Shown: positions 30,196 to 41,400, counted from the first letter of the stretch. The stretch is 64,000 nucleotides of DNA from Aulosira sp. ZfuVER01 (GCA_034530615.2 JAVRCV020000051.1:64001-128000); one strand, 5' to 3'. Made by a program: numbers and translations. The notes: a model not told the origin generated them from the sequence alone.

Positions 30196-32826
30196 CTATA
30201 CCAATAAAGCCTGCTGCTCCTTAGTAATCACTCGCCCTTCATCCTCAAAACCGGCGATTTGATCGAAGTTCAAATACCGATACAAATTATCGGCAAAAGG
30301 ATGAATTTTATTCGCCACAATATCAAGATATTCCTTGACTGTGGGAATGCGTCCTAACAAAGCACAAACTGCGGCTAATTCTGCGGAACCTAAATACACT
30401 CTTGCACCTTTACCCATGCGATTATTAAAGTTGCGGGTAGAGGTAGAAAATACAGTTGTGCCATCGGCAACTCGCGCCTGATTACCCATGCATAAACTGC
30501 ATCCTGGCATTTCTGTCCTAGCACCCGCAGCACCAAAAACGCTATATACACCTTCTTCTTTTAATTGGTATTCATCCATGCGGGTTGGGGGTGCTATCCA
30601 CAGGCGTGTTTTTACTTCACCTGCGCCTTCCAAAACTTTCGCTGTTGCCCGATAATGACCGATATTTGTCATACAAGAACCAACGAATACTTCTTGCACT
30701 GGATCGTTAGCAACTTCCGATAATAATTTCACATTATCGGGGTCATTGGGAGCAGCAACAATTGGTTCTTTGATTTCGTTCAAATCAATTTCAATGATTT
30801 CGGCATACTCGGCATCTGTGTCAGCTTCCAGTAATACAGGATTGGCTAACCATTCTTCCATTTTGGCGATGCGGCGGAGAATAGTACGCTCATCGTGATA
30901 GCCTCTGGCTATCATATTTTTTAACAGCGTGATATTAGAACGCAGATATTCAGCAATTGTTTCTGTACTCAGTTTAATTGTGCAACCTGCACAGGAACGT
31001 TCTGCTGATGCATCTGTTAATTCAAAGGCTTGTTCAACTTTTAAATCGGGCAAGCCTTCCATTTCTAAAATTCGCCCAGAAAAGACATTTTTCTTGTTCT
31101 CTTTCTCTACTGTCAGCAGTCCTTTTTGAATGGCGACGTAGGGTATGGCGTTAACAATATCTCTGAGGGTAATGCCTGGTTGTAATTCTCCTTTGAATCT
31201 TACCAATACTGACTCTGGCATATCCAAAGGCATCACACCCAAAGCGGCGGCAAAGGCTACTAACCCAGAACCTGCGGGGAAGGAAATACCTAAGGGGAAG
31301 CGGGTGTGAGAGTCGCCGCCAGTTCCGACGGTGTCGGGTAGTAGCATCCGGTTTAGCCAAGAGTGGATGATACCATCACCTGGACGTAGGGCAACGCCGC
31401 CACGTTGGGCGAAGAAGTCTGGTAAGTCGTGGTGGGTTTTGATATCAACTGGTTTGGGATAAGCAGCGGTGTGGCAGAAACTCTGCATCACCAAATCAGC
31501 ACTAAAACCGAGACAGGCGAGTTCTTTTAATTCGTCGCGGGTCATGGGGCCTGTGGTATCTTGGGAACCAACAGTAGTCATAATCGGTTCGCAAGATGTA
31601 CCAGGACGCACACCGGGTAATCCGCAAGCTTTCCCTACCATTTTCTGCGCGAGAGTGTAGCCTTTACCTGTATCTTCAGGTGCTTGGGGACGGATAAATA
31701 AGGTGCTGGGTTCTAAACCTAGTGCTTGGCGGGTTTTGTCGGTGAGAGTACGCCCAATTAATAGAGGTATACGTCCACCTGCACGGACTTCATCAAGGAT
31801 GGTATCGGGTTTCAAGGTGAAGGTGGTAATGACTTCGCCGGCTTCGTTGGTAATTTCGCCTTTGTAGGGATGGATGGTAATTACATCGCCTGTTTCTAGC
31901 TTGGTGACATCACACTGAATCGGCAAAGCACCGGCATCTTCAGCAGTGTTAAAGAAGATAGGCGCGATCGCACCACCTAAAATATACCCTCCAGCTCGCT
32001 TGTTGGGAACAAAGGGAATATCATTGCCCATGTGCCACAGTACTGAGTTGATGGCAGATTTACGAGATGAACCTGTACCAACTACATCCCCAACGTAAGC
32101 AACAGGATGCCCTTTTTTCTTTAACTCGGCAATGGTTTTCAAGCTTCCAGGTTGCCGTGACTCTAGCATCACTAAGGCGTGTAAGGGAATATCCGGGCGA
32201 GTGGTAGCACTTTGTGCGGGGGATAAGTCGTCGGTGTTCGTTTCACCAGGGACTTTGAAGACAGTAACGGTGATTTCTTTGGGTAGTTGGGGGCGAACAG
32301 TGAACCACTCAGCTTCCGCCCAAGAGTTAATCACCTGTTTGGCGAAGGGATTGGTTTTAGATAACTCTAAAACATCGTGGAAAGCATCATACACCAACAG
32401 AATTTTACTTAAAGCGTTGGCAGCGTAGGCGGCGATTGGTTCCTTTCCCTGTCCCCCCATCACTAGCGGGGTTTCGGAAGAGTCGGAAACAGATGTGGTG
32501 GGAAATTGCAGCAATTCAATTAAAGATTGCACATTATAGCCACCTACCATCGTTCCCAGTAATTCTACTGCCTGGATAGGCGAAATTAAGGGGCTTTTCG
32601 TTTCACCTTTGGCAATAGCAGTCAGAAATCCAGCTTTTACATACGCGGCGTTATCAACACCAGGGGGAACGCGATCGCGCAATAAATGCAATAATGTATC
32701 TTCTTCCCCTTTGGGCGGATTCTTCAGTAATTCGCACAACTCTGAAGTTTGCTTTGCATCTAACGGTAAGGGGGGAACTCCTAATTCTGCTCTTTCTACA
32801 ACGTGTTGACGATATGATTCCAACAT
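30196..32826 (-). CDS. acnB: Aconitate hydratase B
   Basis: [47 protein letters not shown]. Confidence 0.98.
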   Translation of the reverse strand: MLESYRQHVVERAELGVPPLPLDAKQTSELCELLKNPPKGEEDTLLHLLRDRVPPGVDNAAYVKAGFLTAIAKGETKSPLISPIQAVELLGTMVGGYNVQSLIELLQFPTTSVSDSSETPLVMGGQGKEPIAAYAANALSKILLVYDAFHDVLELSKTNPFAKQVINSWAEAEWFTVRPQLPKEITVTVFKVPGETNTDDLSPAQSATTRPDIPLHALVMLESRQPGSLKTIAELKKKGHPVAYVGDVVGTGSSRKSAINSVLWHMGNDIPFVPNKRAGGYILGGAIAPIFFNTAEDAGALPIQCDVTKLETGDVITIHPYKGEITNEAGEVITTFTLKPDTILDEVRAGGRIPLLIGRTLTDKTRQALGLEPSTLFIRPQAPEDTGKGYTLAQKMVGKACGLPGVRPGTSCEPIMTTVGSQDTTGPMTRDELKELACLGFSADLVMQSFCHTAAYPKPVDIKTHHDLPDFFAQRGGVALRPGDGIIHSWLNRMLLPDTVGTGGDSHTRFPLGISFPAGSGLVAFAAALGVMPLDMPESVLVRFKGELQPGITLRDIVNAIPYVAIQKGLLTVEKENKKNVFSGRILEMEGLPDLKVEQAFELTDASAERSCAGCTIKLSTETIAEYLRSNITLLKNMIARGYHDERTILRRIAKMEEWLANPVLLEADTDAEYAEIIEIDLNEIKEPIVAAPNDPDNVKLLSEVANDPVQEVFVGSCMTNIGHYRATAKVLEGAGEVKTRLWIAPPTRMDEYQLKEEGVYSVFGAAGARTEMPGCSLCMGNQARVADGTTVFSTSTRNFNNRMGKGARVYLGSAELAAVCALLGRIPTVKEYLDIVANKIHPFADNLYRYLNFDQIAGFEDEGRVITKEQQALLV

Positions 32827-33084
32827 TTTACACTCCAAATATTAGCCACAGATGGTTTTAGTGTTTATAATCACTGCCTATATTTCAGGAGAATTCAAGC
32901 TTACAAGTCTTTATCAACAGTATCAACAGGTAATGAGTCTCCCTACTTGAAGTTTTTGGTCTGGCCAGGACTTATAATTATCACTGTATAGCTACTTTTG
33001 CCAATAAATCTATTTGAAAATAATTCCTGAATTGGCATTTCTCGACTTGGTTGTGTGTCTATTCATCAGATAAAATATTTCCTT

Positions 33085-33100
33085 TGTAAGTTAAGTTACA
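33085..33100 (+). promoter_or_regulatory. NtcA-box-like site just upstream of the ferredoxin start
   Basis: TGTA-AGTTAAGT-TACA. Confidence 0.45.
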
Positions 33101-33113
33101 CTCAATTTTGTAT

Positions 33114-33431
33114 ATGTCCAAAACATACACCGTTGAAGTTCTGCATCAAGGCAAGAGTCACACTTTACAAGTCCCTGAAAATGAAACTATCTTAGCAGTT
33201 GCCGATCAAGCTGGTTTAGAATTACCTAGTTCTTGTCATGCGGGTGTTTGTACAACTTGTGCGGGTAAAATTATTTCCGGATCTGTCGATCAAACCGATG
33301 GTATGGGCGTTAGTCCAGAATTACAAAAACAAGGCTATGTGTTGCTTTGTGTAGCCAGACCTCTTTCTGATATAAAAGTTGAAACAGAAAAAGAAGATAC
33401 ACTCTATCAGTTGCAATTTGGCAAAGACTAA
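33114..33431 (+). CDS. [2Fe-2S] ferredoxin with C-terminal extension (Fed2/FdC2-like)
   Basis: SCHAGVCTTC...LLCVA; LYQLQFG tail. Confidence 0.92.
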   Translation: MSKTYTVEVLHQGKSHTLQVPENETILAVADQAGLELPSSCHAGVCTTCAGKIISGSVDQTDGMGVSPELQKQGYVLLCVARPLSDIKVETEKEDTLYQLQFGKD

Positions 33432-33553
33432 TTAAAGAATGAACGCTAAAGGCTAAAGGATGAAAATTTGACAGAAATTTCTCTTTTAATACTTCATCCT
33501 TTATGCTGATATCAGTTATTCTAGAAAGCACAAATTACCAGGAATAGGTGAGA

Positions 33554-33736
33554 ATGACTACACATTTTATTACCGCAGAAATTGACCTCCAAGAAACTCC
33601 CACAGAGTTAGAGCAAGTAATCACCGCAGAATTACAAAAACAAGGTGAACCTTTACGTTGGGCAATTACCTCTGTGGATATAGAACAGCAAAAGGCTACT
33701 GTGGAAGCTGTTGTTACTACAGCGAGTGCTGAATAA
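33554..33736 (+). CDS. Small conserved hypothetical protein
   Basis: MTTHFITAEIDL..GEPLRWAIT..ATVEAVV; in line between the ferredoxin and DUF3326 genes. Confidence 0.7.
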   Translation: MTTHFITAEIDLQETPTELEQVITAELQKQGEPLRWAITSVDIEQQKATVEAVVTTASAE

Positions 33737-33852
33737 GGAGTAATGAGTCCTGAGTCATGAGTCCTGAGTAGTTAAGTAACTGTCTGTCAACTTAGGAATT
33801 AAAACTCTTCTTAACTTAATTTTCACTCAGCACTCAGCACTCAGAACTTTTT

Positions 33853-34917
33853 ATGCAACGTCCATATACAGCTATTTTAATTGTACCTACTGGTGTTGGG
33901 GCAGCAATCGGGGGTTATGCCGGGGATGCTTTACCAGTAGCAAGAGTCATATCACAGGTGTGCGATCGCCTGATTACTCACCCCAATGTCCTCAACGGTG
34001 CAAGTTTGTACTGGAATTTACTTAATACTTTCTACGTTGAAGGTTATGGACTTGACAAATTTGCCGCTGGATATTGGGGTTTGCGTCCCATACATAGAAA
34101 TAAAATAGGTTTGCTTTTAGACCAAGGTATAGAGCCAGAATTGCGGCTACGACACCTACAAGTAGCTGATGCAGCCAGAGCAACACTAGCTTTAACCCTG
34201 ACAGATTATGTAATTACAGATACGCCATTAAATATAGAATTACGAACTTCGCCATCGGGGATTAGTTGGGGGACAATTGGTAATCCCGATAGTTTATTAA
34301 GAGCAGCAGAAGTACTAATTAAACAAGCTGGGGCAGAAGCGATCGCAGTAGTTGCCCGTTTCCCCGATGATATGGAAGAAGAAGCAGTAGAAAACTACCG
34401 TCAAGGTAAAGGTGTAGATCCTCTGGCGGGTGCGGAAGCTGTCATCAGCCATTTAATAGTACGTACCTTTCAAATTCCTTGCGCTCATTCTCCCGCTTTA
34501 GCCGCAGCACCCCCAGATCCTGATTTATCTCCCCGTTCCGCCGCCGAAGAATTAGGTTATACCTTTTTACCATGCGTCCTTGTCGGCTTAAGTCGCGCAC
34601 CGCAATTTATTATAGATAAAGGAACAGCCCAATATCTACCAGAAGATATCTGGGCAGACCAAATTGATGCTGCAATAATACCAGCAACCGCTTGTGGTAG
34701 CAGTGCAATTCTGAGCTTAAATCAGAAGCAATGCCAGATTATCACTGTAGAGGAAAATCAAACTCAAATCCAAGTTCCTCCCCAACCTTTAGGGATCAAG
34801 CCCATACAGGTAAACTCATATTTAGAAGCAGTTGGTGTCTTAGCAGCACACAAAGCAGGCATTAATCCCGCTGCCCTCCGTCCGCAAATAAATTCGTTGC
34901 AGCAACTTAACTATTAG
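33853..34917 (+). CDS. DUF3326 family protein
   Basis: VPTGVGAAIGGYAGDA, THPNVLNG, EAVISH and AAEELG motifs. Confidence 0.85.
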   Translation: MQRPYTAILIVPTGVGAAIGGYAGDALPVARVISQVCDRLITHPNVLNGASLYWNLLNTFYVEGYGLDKFAAGYWGLRPIHRNKIGLLLDQGIEPELRLRHLQVADAARATLALTLTDYVITDTPLNIELRTSPSGISWGTIGNPDSLLRAAEVLIKQAGAEAIAVVARFPDDMEEEAVENYRQGKGVDPLAGAEAVISHLIVRTFQIPCAHSPALAAAPPDPDLSPRSAAEELGYTFLPCVLVGLSRAPQFIIDKGTAQYLPEDIWADQIDAAIIPATACGSSAILSLNQKQCQIITVEENQTQIQVPPQPLGIKPIQVNSYLEAVGVLAAHKAGINPAALRPQINSLQQLNY

Positions 34918-34991
34918 TCAAGAGTTCTTAATTATTTCTCCGCGTCCCCGCGTCCCCCTGTCTCCTTGTCCCCTCCTCTCCCTAAACACCC

Positions 34992-35573
34992 GTGGTTGAA
35001 CAACAAAAACAAGAACCAGAAATTCCCTACCTAACACGCATCCAAGTACTGGGGGCGATGGGAGCGACTGCTATCATTTTGTGGATAGTCGCCAAGCTGT
35101 GGTTGCGCTTTGGTGATTTTTCCATCTTTACTTGGCGCTGGAACGAAACGGATTTACTTGTAGGGGTGGGGATAGGATTAATTATCACCGTTTTGAGTGG
35201 CTTAACTTACCGTTTTGTGCCACCTTACCGCAAAAGTGCAGATTATTATTTAGATTTGGTACTCAAGCCTTTAGTGTTACCAGACATAATTTGGCTAGGG
35301 TTGCTACCGGGGTTAAGTGAAGAATTATTATTCCGGGGGGTAATGCTACCAGCCTTAGGCGCGGATCATGTGGCTGTAATTGTATCAAGTCTTTGCTTTG
35401 GCGTCTTGCACCTGAGTGGTTCTCAACAATGGCCTTACGTACTTTGGGCAACCATCGTCGGACTCATACTCGGATATAGCGCTATTTTTACAGGCAACTT
35501 ATTAGTGCCAATTGTGGCTCATATTATTACGAATTTGATTTCTAGCTATTTGTGGAAGTTGCGACGGGTATGA
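34992..35573 (+). CDS. CPBP (Abi/CAAX) family intramembrane protease
   Basis: SEELLFRG, FGVLH and AHIITN motifs. Confidence 0.88.
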   Translation: MVEQQKQEPEIPYLTRIQVLGAMGATAIILWIVAKLWLRFGDFSIFTWRWNETDLLVGVGIGLIITVLSGLTYRFVPPYRKSADYYLDLVLKPLVLPDIIWLGLLPGLSEELLFRGVMLPALGADHVAVIVSSLCFGVLHLSGSQQWPYVLWATIVGLILGYSAIFTGNLLVPIVAHIITNLISSYLWKLRRV

Positions 35574-35629
35574 AGGCGATCGCATCACAACTTTTGATGA
35601 ATAATTGAGGATGAGCGATCGCATCATGT

Positions 35630-36280
35630 TCAAGATAGTAGCCTTTGTGCTGCTAGTGCGATCGCCTGGGGCAAAATTCGATGTTCCTGAATTTGAATCC
35701 TCGCGTGGAGGGTTTCGGCGGTGTCATCTGGTAGAACTGGTACTGCTGCTTGCATTAATATTGGGCCGCTATCTACTTCTAAACAAACTAGATGCACCGT
35801 ACAGCCTGTAATTTTTACACCAGCAGCTAAGGCTTGTTCTACAGCATGGATACCTTTAAAACTAGGTAACAAGCTGGGATGGACATTAATCATTCTGTCA
35901 GCAAAGGCATCAATTAACACTGGTGTTAACAATCGCATCCAGCCTGCCAAAATCACCCATTCGACATCGTATTGCTGTAAAGTTTGCACAAGTTGCCCAT
36001 CAAACTTTTCCCGGCTTTTGTAATCGCGGTGATTTAACAACACCGCTTCTACACCGCGATTTGCAGCCCGAACAGCAGCCTTAGCGCCAGGGTTGTTATA
36101 AATTAAAACCTGAATTTTGGCGTTTAGTTCCCCTTTTGCAATAGCTTGGGCAACAGCCTCAAAATTGCTACCATTCCCAGAAGCTAGAATGCCTAATTTT
36201 AGAGGACTAGTAGATGCAAATTGATCTTTAGAGATGTTAGGCGAAATCAGGCTAGCATCTGTGATGGAATTATTACTCAT
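35630..36280 (-). CDS. purN: Phosphoribosylglycinamide formyltransferase
   Basis: ASGNGSN, AGWMR, NVHPSLLPSF, GCTVH, DSGPI. Confidence 0.97.
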   Translation of the reverse strand: MSNNSITDASLISPNISKDQFASTSPLKLGILASGNGSNFEAVAQAIAKGELNAKIQVLIYNNPGAKAAVRAANRGVEAVLLNHRDYKSREKFDGQLVQTLQQYDVEWVILAGWMRLLTPVLIDAFADRMINVHPSLLPSFKGIHAVEQALAAGVKITGCTVHLVCLEVDSGPILMQAAVPVLPDDTAETLHARIQIQEHRILPQAIALAAQRLLS

Positions 36281-36903
36281 GAGTGAGGGTCGATAAGTTT
36301 GATATTCTCCGGTAACTTCGTGGTATCGGAAACTTTTGTGAATAGCGTGGCTGTCGGAGAAAAAGCTGTGGGTCTGGATTGCTTAGGAGAAGTATTATCT
36401 AATTGCAACCGCAGCTGACCATCAGCAGTAAATTCAAATATTGTCTCCACTGATTTTTGCTCTTTGGAGACCGAGACATCTAAATGCATTGGTTGTGGCT
36501 TCGGGTTAATTTTATATTCAAATGCGATCGCCATTGGATTTTTCGGGTCAGGTGAAAGAACATATAATTTACCATCCGGCGAGAAAATGAACGTGAGTAC
36601 AAGATCCGATGAAGGGTCTTTACTTTGCCATTGTCCTAATAGCTTTTGGGCAATTGGGTTTGTAGGCTGACTTGTAGAAGATGGTGTTGGAATTGGTGCT
36701 TTTGTCGGCTGATTTGCAGGAGATGGAGTTAGGATTGGCGCTTTTGTCGGCTGATTTGTAGAAGATGGCGTTGGGATTGGCGCTTTTGTTGGTTGAGCCA
36801 GCACAGTTATGTCAAGTGTCGTTGATAATGCTATAAGTACGCTAGAGGTCAGCATGGTGCTGGCAATGGTAAATTTGCCAAAGTTGGAGAAAATTTTAGG
36901 CAT
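36277..36903 (-). CDS. Secreted hypothetical protein with three 14-aa Pro/Thr-rich repeats
   Basis: Signal-like N-terminus, QPTKAPIxTPSxxx x3, then a beta-rich domain beginning LLGQW. Confidence 0.7.
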   Translation of the reverse strand: MPKIFSNFGKFTIASTMLTSSVLIALSTTLDITVLAQPTKAPIPTPSSTNQPTKAPILTPSPANQPTKAPIPTPSSTSQPTNPIAQKLLGQWQSKDPSSDLVLTFIFSPDGKLYVLSPDPKNPMAIAFEYKINPKPQPMHLDVSVSKEQKSVETIFEFTADGQLRLQLDNTSPKQSRPTAFSPTATLFTKVSDTTKLPENIKLIDPHS

Positions 36904-36987
36904 TTGTTTGAGCCAATAGAATGAAAGGATCTTAGCAGTACCTCTGCGTAGAATCACACTCTACACCATTCACTAGCCAAAATAGCG

Positions 36988-37878
36988 ATGAAAACATCCC
37001 GTTCTTCTCAAATGCAGTTGCTGGATAATGATGCAATTGCCGCTTGGATTTTTCTCACACCAGCATTGATTTTACTGGGTGTGTTTATCATTTGGCCGAT
37101 CGCCTATTTGTTTTACCTCAGTTTTACCGCCGGTAGTTTTACCTCACAAGGTACTTATCTAGTAGGCTTGAAAAATTACTGGCGCTTGCTGTTCAATTCC
37201 GATTTTTGGCAAGTTCTAGCTAACACCGCTTATTTTACCGTTGCCACTGTCATTCCCAGTTTGGTGATTCCTTTAGGACTGGCAGTACTATTAAACCGTT
37301 CTCTAGCTTGGCGAGGCATCATCCGCAGTGCCTACTTTCTCCCTTCGATTATTTCCCTAGTAGCTGCTGGCTTAGGATTTCGCTGGCTATTTCAAACCAC
37401 TGGCCCGGTAAACGGATTTTTAAATATATTTGGCATTCCATCAATTCCTTGGTTAGGAGACACTGTTTGGGCAATGCCAGTACTAATTTTACTGAGTATT
37501 TGGAAACAACTCGGTTTTAATATGGTCGTATTTTTAGCGGGATTGCAAGCAATTCCCCCCAGTCGTTATGAAGCGGCAGAACTAGATGGTGCAAATGGCT
37601 GGCAACAATTTTGGCACGTTACCCTCCCCGGCTTGCGACCGACTTTAATATTTGCGATTGTTACCACTGCTATTTTCACCTTGCGGAGTTTTGAGCAAGT
37701 TTACGTGATTACAGGCGGCGGGCCGCTAAATTCAACAAACTTGCTGGTTTATTACATTTACCAAGAAGCCTTTGGTCAATTTGATTTTGGTTATGCAGCC
37801 GCCGCCGCGACGGTATTACTAGCAGTAACCCTAGTGTTTGTGTATTTGCAGTTGCGAACTTGGGGCGAGGAGTCGTGA
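36988..37878 (+). CDS. Carbohydrate ABC transporter permease
   Basis: EAA loop YEAAELDGA..WQQFWHVTLP; about six TM segments. Confidence 0.92.
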   Translation: MKTSRSSQMQLLDNDAIAAWIFLTPALILLGVFIIWPIAYLFYLSFTAGSFTSQGTYLVGLKNYWRLLFNSDFWQVLANTAYFTVATVIPSLVIPLGLAVLLNRSLAWRGIIRSAYFLPSIISLVAAGLGFRWLFQTTGPVNGFLNIFGIPSIPWLGDTVWAMPVLILLSIWKQLGFNMVVFLAGLQAIPPSRYEAAELDGANGWQQFWHVTLPGLRPTLIFAIVTTAIFTLRSFEQVYVITGGGPLNSTNLLVYYIYQEAFGQFDFGYAAAAATVLLAVTLVFVYLQLRTWGEES

Positions 37879-37882
37879 AAGG

Positions 37883-37945
37883 AGTGTGGGGAGGGTGGGG
37901 AGTGTGGGAAGTGTGGGAAGTGTGGGAAGTGTGGGGAGTGTGGGG
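37883..37945. repeat. 9-bp tandem repeat AG(T/G)GTGGG(G/A) x7
   Basis: Read directly from sequence. Confidence 0.9.
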
Positions 37946-38125
37946 AGAAATGGGACAAGGGGGACAAGGAAGCAGGGCAAGAAATTACAAATGCTTTTGA
38001 CTCTTGACTCTTGACAACCTCTGCGAAAACAAAATGACACACAGCTTTAGCCCAAAAAACAAAAGAAACCACTGTCTAACAATGGTTTCAACATAATTTT
38101 AAGAATGCCGTATATATTTTAGCTC

Positions 38126-39028
38126 TCACTCCAGTGGACTGCTGTAGGCACTGAAGCCGTAAGCTAAAGTTTCTTTCCAAGCATCTGAAGGTTTTAGGCT
38201 TCTATTAATCGCTTTTGCAAACGGTAGTGCAATCCCTTTGATGGTTTCTGGTAAGATTGCATATTCTGTAGTTGGTTCTACTATATATTGCGGACACTTG
38301 TTTTTTATACCAGCATTATTCAACATTTCTTGAATTTCAACAGATGAATATTGCTTGAGATAAATCGGGTTTTTACTAAAGATATTTATACTTCTAATGA
38401 AGTTATGGATAATGTGAGAAGGACAAGACTTGTTATGAAAAGAATGATTAAAAACGAACATACCACCAGGCTTTAGCACCCGAAATATCTCTGCCAATAA
38501 GTTTCTTAACTGTGCATCTGGTATATGCATAAATACACAATTAGAAATCACTAAATCTACAGAATTATCTTCTAAAGGTAAAATTTCTGCTGAATTACAA
38601 ATTACATGAAATTGCGCTTCTGGGAAAAAATCATATTCCTGTTTAACCTTGATCAAGCGTCGCAATAAAGATTCAGAAATATCAATAGCAAAATATTTTT
38701 GGCATCTAAGATTTTTCTCTTTTGAAAGATGTAATGGAGCGCGACCATAACCACAACCAATCTCCAGAATAGAATCAACCGATTTATTCATCGGAAATTT
38801 ATTCCAAGTGCCGCCTGGTCTACCACCTAATAAAGTGTAATCTTGTTTAATTGGTGATATTTCTGCAACCTGTTCAATTTTTTGGGAGCCATAGTAAGTC
38901 TTACCAATTTCATCCCATTTTTGTTTATGTTCAGTACTATTTAACTGTTCGTAGTTATTAGGAAAATAAATCCCATCCCGAAGCTGAAATTCGCTTAAGC
39001 TACTTCCGGATTTTGCTAATTGAGTCAT
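38126..39028 (-). CDS. Class I SAM-dependent methyltransferase
   Basis: ILEIGCGYG, AIDIS, LPLEDNSVDLV, RVLKPGG. Confidence 0.9.
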   Translation of the reverse strand: MTQLAKSGSSLSEFQLRDGIYFPNNYEQLNSTEHKQKWDEIGKTYYGSQKIEQVAEISPIKQDYTLLGGRPGGTWNKFPMNKSVDSILEIGCGYGRAPLHLSKEKNLRCQKYFAIDISESLLRRLIKVKQEYDFFPEAQFHVICNSAEILPLEDNSVDLVISNCVFMHIPDAQLRNLLAEIFRVLKPGGMFVFNHSFHNKSCPSHIIHNFIRSINIFSKNPIYLKQYSSVEIQEMLNNAGIKNKCPQYIVEPTTEYAILPETIKGIALPFAKAINRSLKPSDAWKETLAYGFSAYSSPLE

Positions 39029-39340
39029 AGGAGTATTTTTGATGTATAGCTAGCTATTTTTCTTGTTATACTCTTAACTCACGATTAACTGCAAGCGTCA
39101 TTTTATCTACCTGCATTAATCAAAAATACATAAACTAATTACAAAATTACTACCAGCTTTAATAATTACTCAAAAACGCGGTGGTCTGCTGACAATAAAT
39201 CTGGTAAAAAACAATATTTGATCAATAATCTAAAATACAACAATTATCTCTTGTCAGTAGATTTACGCTTCTAAGCTTAAATCGGTTTACAAATACTTTA
39301 AATTTAAATATAGACTACAATTCTTGGAGGCTGTGCTGGA

Positions 39341-40852
39341 ATGAATGAAGGGTCACAACAAAAACGGGTAGTAGTGGTGGGAGCAGGTTGGGCTGGGTTA
39401 GGCGCAACTTACCACTTGGCAAAACAAGGATATGATGTGACGCTTCTAGAAGCAGGGCCTTATCCTGGGGGATTGGTTGCTGGGTGGAAAACACCCGCAG
39501 GACGTTCTGTAGAAGCAGGTATACATGGCTTTTGGTATCCTTATCGAAATATTTTTGCACTGATCAATGAATTAGGAATTAATCCTTTTACATCTTGGAC
39601 TCGTTCTGCTCAATATTCCCCGGCGGGTTTGGAAGTGGAATCGCCAATTTTTCAAGATTTACCACGACTTCCTTCACCTCTAGGAACTTTTCTCTACACT
39701 CAGTTTCAGCGTCTACCATTAATTGACCGTTTGAGTGCCTTACCTTTACTTTACTCTGTGGTTGATTTTGATAATTCTCATGATGCTTGGCGGCGTTACG
39801 ATTTTGTCACGGCGCGGGAATTATTCAAGGATTTTGGTGTGTCGGCGCGACTGTATAAAGAAGCGTTTGAACCAATGTTATTGGTAGGCTTGTTTGCTCC
39901 TGGGGAACAGTGTTCAGCCGCCGCAACTTTGGGAATGCTGTACTTTTTTATTCTGGCTCATCAGCCGGATTTTGATGTGGTTTGGTGTCGGGGAACTGTA
40001 GGCGAAAAAATATTTCGTCCTTGGGTTGAACAAATTGAAAAAGCTGGTGCCAAAGTTTTACCAAAGCGGCGAGTCACTGACTTAATTGTTGATAGTAATA
40101 ATCGGGCAACAGGTGTAGTTTGTGATGATGAATTGTTTAATGCTGACGCTGTGATTTTTGCGGTTGGGGTTACGGGAATGAAGAAAATTGTTGCTAACAG
40201 CCCTAGCTTACAAAGTCGGGAAGAATTTCGCAATTTAAATAATTTAGGGGCGATTGATGTTTTAGCAACTCGGTTATGGTTTGACCGCAAAATTAATATT
40301 CCCCGTCCTTCTAATGCTTGTTTTGGCTTTGATGCGACTACAGGCTGGACATTTTTTGATTTAAATACGCTGCATGATGAATATAAAAATGAACCGGGAA
40401 CGGTAATTGAAGCTGATTTCTATCATGCAAATCAGTTTCTCAATTTGAGCGATGAGGAGATTGTGCCCATAGTTCAGCGTTATTTAGCAACTTGTGTACC
40501 AGGGTTTGAAGAAGCAAAGGTAATTGATAGCAGTGTAATTCGTTTACCAAATGCAGTGACTCATTTTGCACCTGGGAGTTATCGCTATATGTTACCGGCT
40601 AAAACAAGTTTGACAAATGTGTTTATGAGTGGGGATTGGATTGTTAACCGTCACGGTTCATGGTCGCAGGAAAAGGCTTATGTTACTGGTTTAGAAGCGG
40701 CAAATTTGGTGGTTTCTTACTTAGGTAAGGGTCAGCCATCAGCGATTTTACCTGTAGAAGCAGATGAAGCGCATATCCAAGTAGCGCGATCGCTCAATCA
40801 AACCGTCCGTCAGTTGAGCAAGTCTATTCTGCCTAACTTTTGGTTGCCTTAA
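39341..40852 (+). CDS. FAD-dependent oxidoreductase (amine oxidase/carotene desaturase/HpnE-like)
   Basis: GAGWAGL, EAGIHGF, GDW..SQEKAYVTG. Confidence 0.85.
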   Translation: MNEGSQQKRVVVVGAGWAGLGATYHLAKQGYDVTLLEAGPYPGGLVAGWKTPAGRSVEAGIHGFWYPYRNIFALINELGINPFTSWTRSAQYSPAGLEVESPIFQDLPRLPSPLGTFLYTQFQRLPLIDRLSALPLLYSVVDFDNSHDAWRRYDFVTARELFKDFGVSARLYKEAFEPMLLVGLFAPGEQCSAAATLGMLYFFILAHQPDFDVVWCRGTVGEKIFRPWVEQIEKAGAKVLPKRRVTDLIVDSNNRATGVVCDDELFNADAVIFAVGVTGMKKIVANSPSLQSREEFRNLNNLGAIDVLATRLWFDRKINIPRPSNACFGFDATTGWTFFDLNTLHDEYKNEPGTVIEADFYHANQFLNLSDEEIVPIVQRYLATCVPGFEEAKVIDSSVIRLPNAVTHFAPGSYRYMLPAKTSLTNVFMSGDWIVNRHGSWSQEKAYVTGLEAANLVVSYLGKGQPSAILPVEADEAHIQVARSLNQTVRQLSKSILPNFWLP

Positions 40853-40880
40853 ATTACTTGCTCTCAGGAATTTGCTATTA

Positions 40881-41043
40881 GAGGTTGTTTGAAAAGTGGT
40901 CGGCTGTGATTTTAAGCACTTATTGATCCCCCCTAGCCCCCCTTTTTAAGGGGGGAAAACGTCTTGAAGTCCCCATTTTTAAGGGGGATTTAGAGGAATC
41001 TAAAAGTATTTGATACATTACTAGTGACTTTTCAAACATCCTC
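40881..41043. mobile_element. MITE copy 1 (163 bp)
   Basis: 17-bp terminal inverted repeats GAGGTTGTTTGAAAAGT / ACTTTTCAAACATCCTC (1 mismatch); TTA on both flanks; internal C-run/G-run hairpins. Confidence 0.85.
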
Positions 41044-41400
41044 TTAGGTGCTAGTCGATTTGGCACAGTTGATAATAGCTTAAATACCAAAAACAGCATT
41101 TTCAAATATTCATCAGGGCACAACAATTTTGTGCCCCTACGTAGCTATTGCATTGTTGTTTCAAATTGGTACAAGTACTTTGCCAATACTGCGTAACAAG
41201 TTTAATCGGTCGTGGCTATGAGATTTTTTCAGGGCGCAAAAAACCGAATTTGGCAAGGTGATATCTATGAGCGAGGTATTTATTCCTATATTTATATATA
41301 CTGCAAACTTATGTCTCAAGGGGGAATGAGTTAATTTATTAATTCAAGTAACATTTACTGAAAATATCGGATTACTAATTGATTTTTGAACAAAAGGTAA

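Noticed and set aside
36650..36800. Three ~42-bp direct repeats, possible CRISPR
   Set aside because: Contiguous in-frame coding repeats (14-aa Pro/Thr unit) with no unique spacers.
37791..38072. ORFs with PHFPHFPHS and PTLPTLPTL repeats
   Set aside because: These are translations of the 9-bp tandem repeat and overlap the permease end on the opposite strand; no coding evidence.
40920..41126. 68-aa minus-strand ORF
   Set aside because: Runs through the MITE; no transposase or other recognisable motif.
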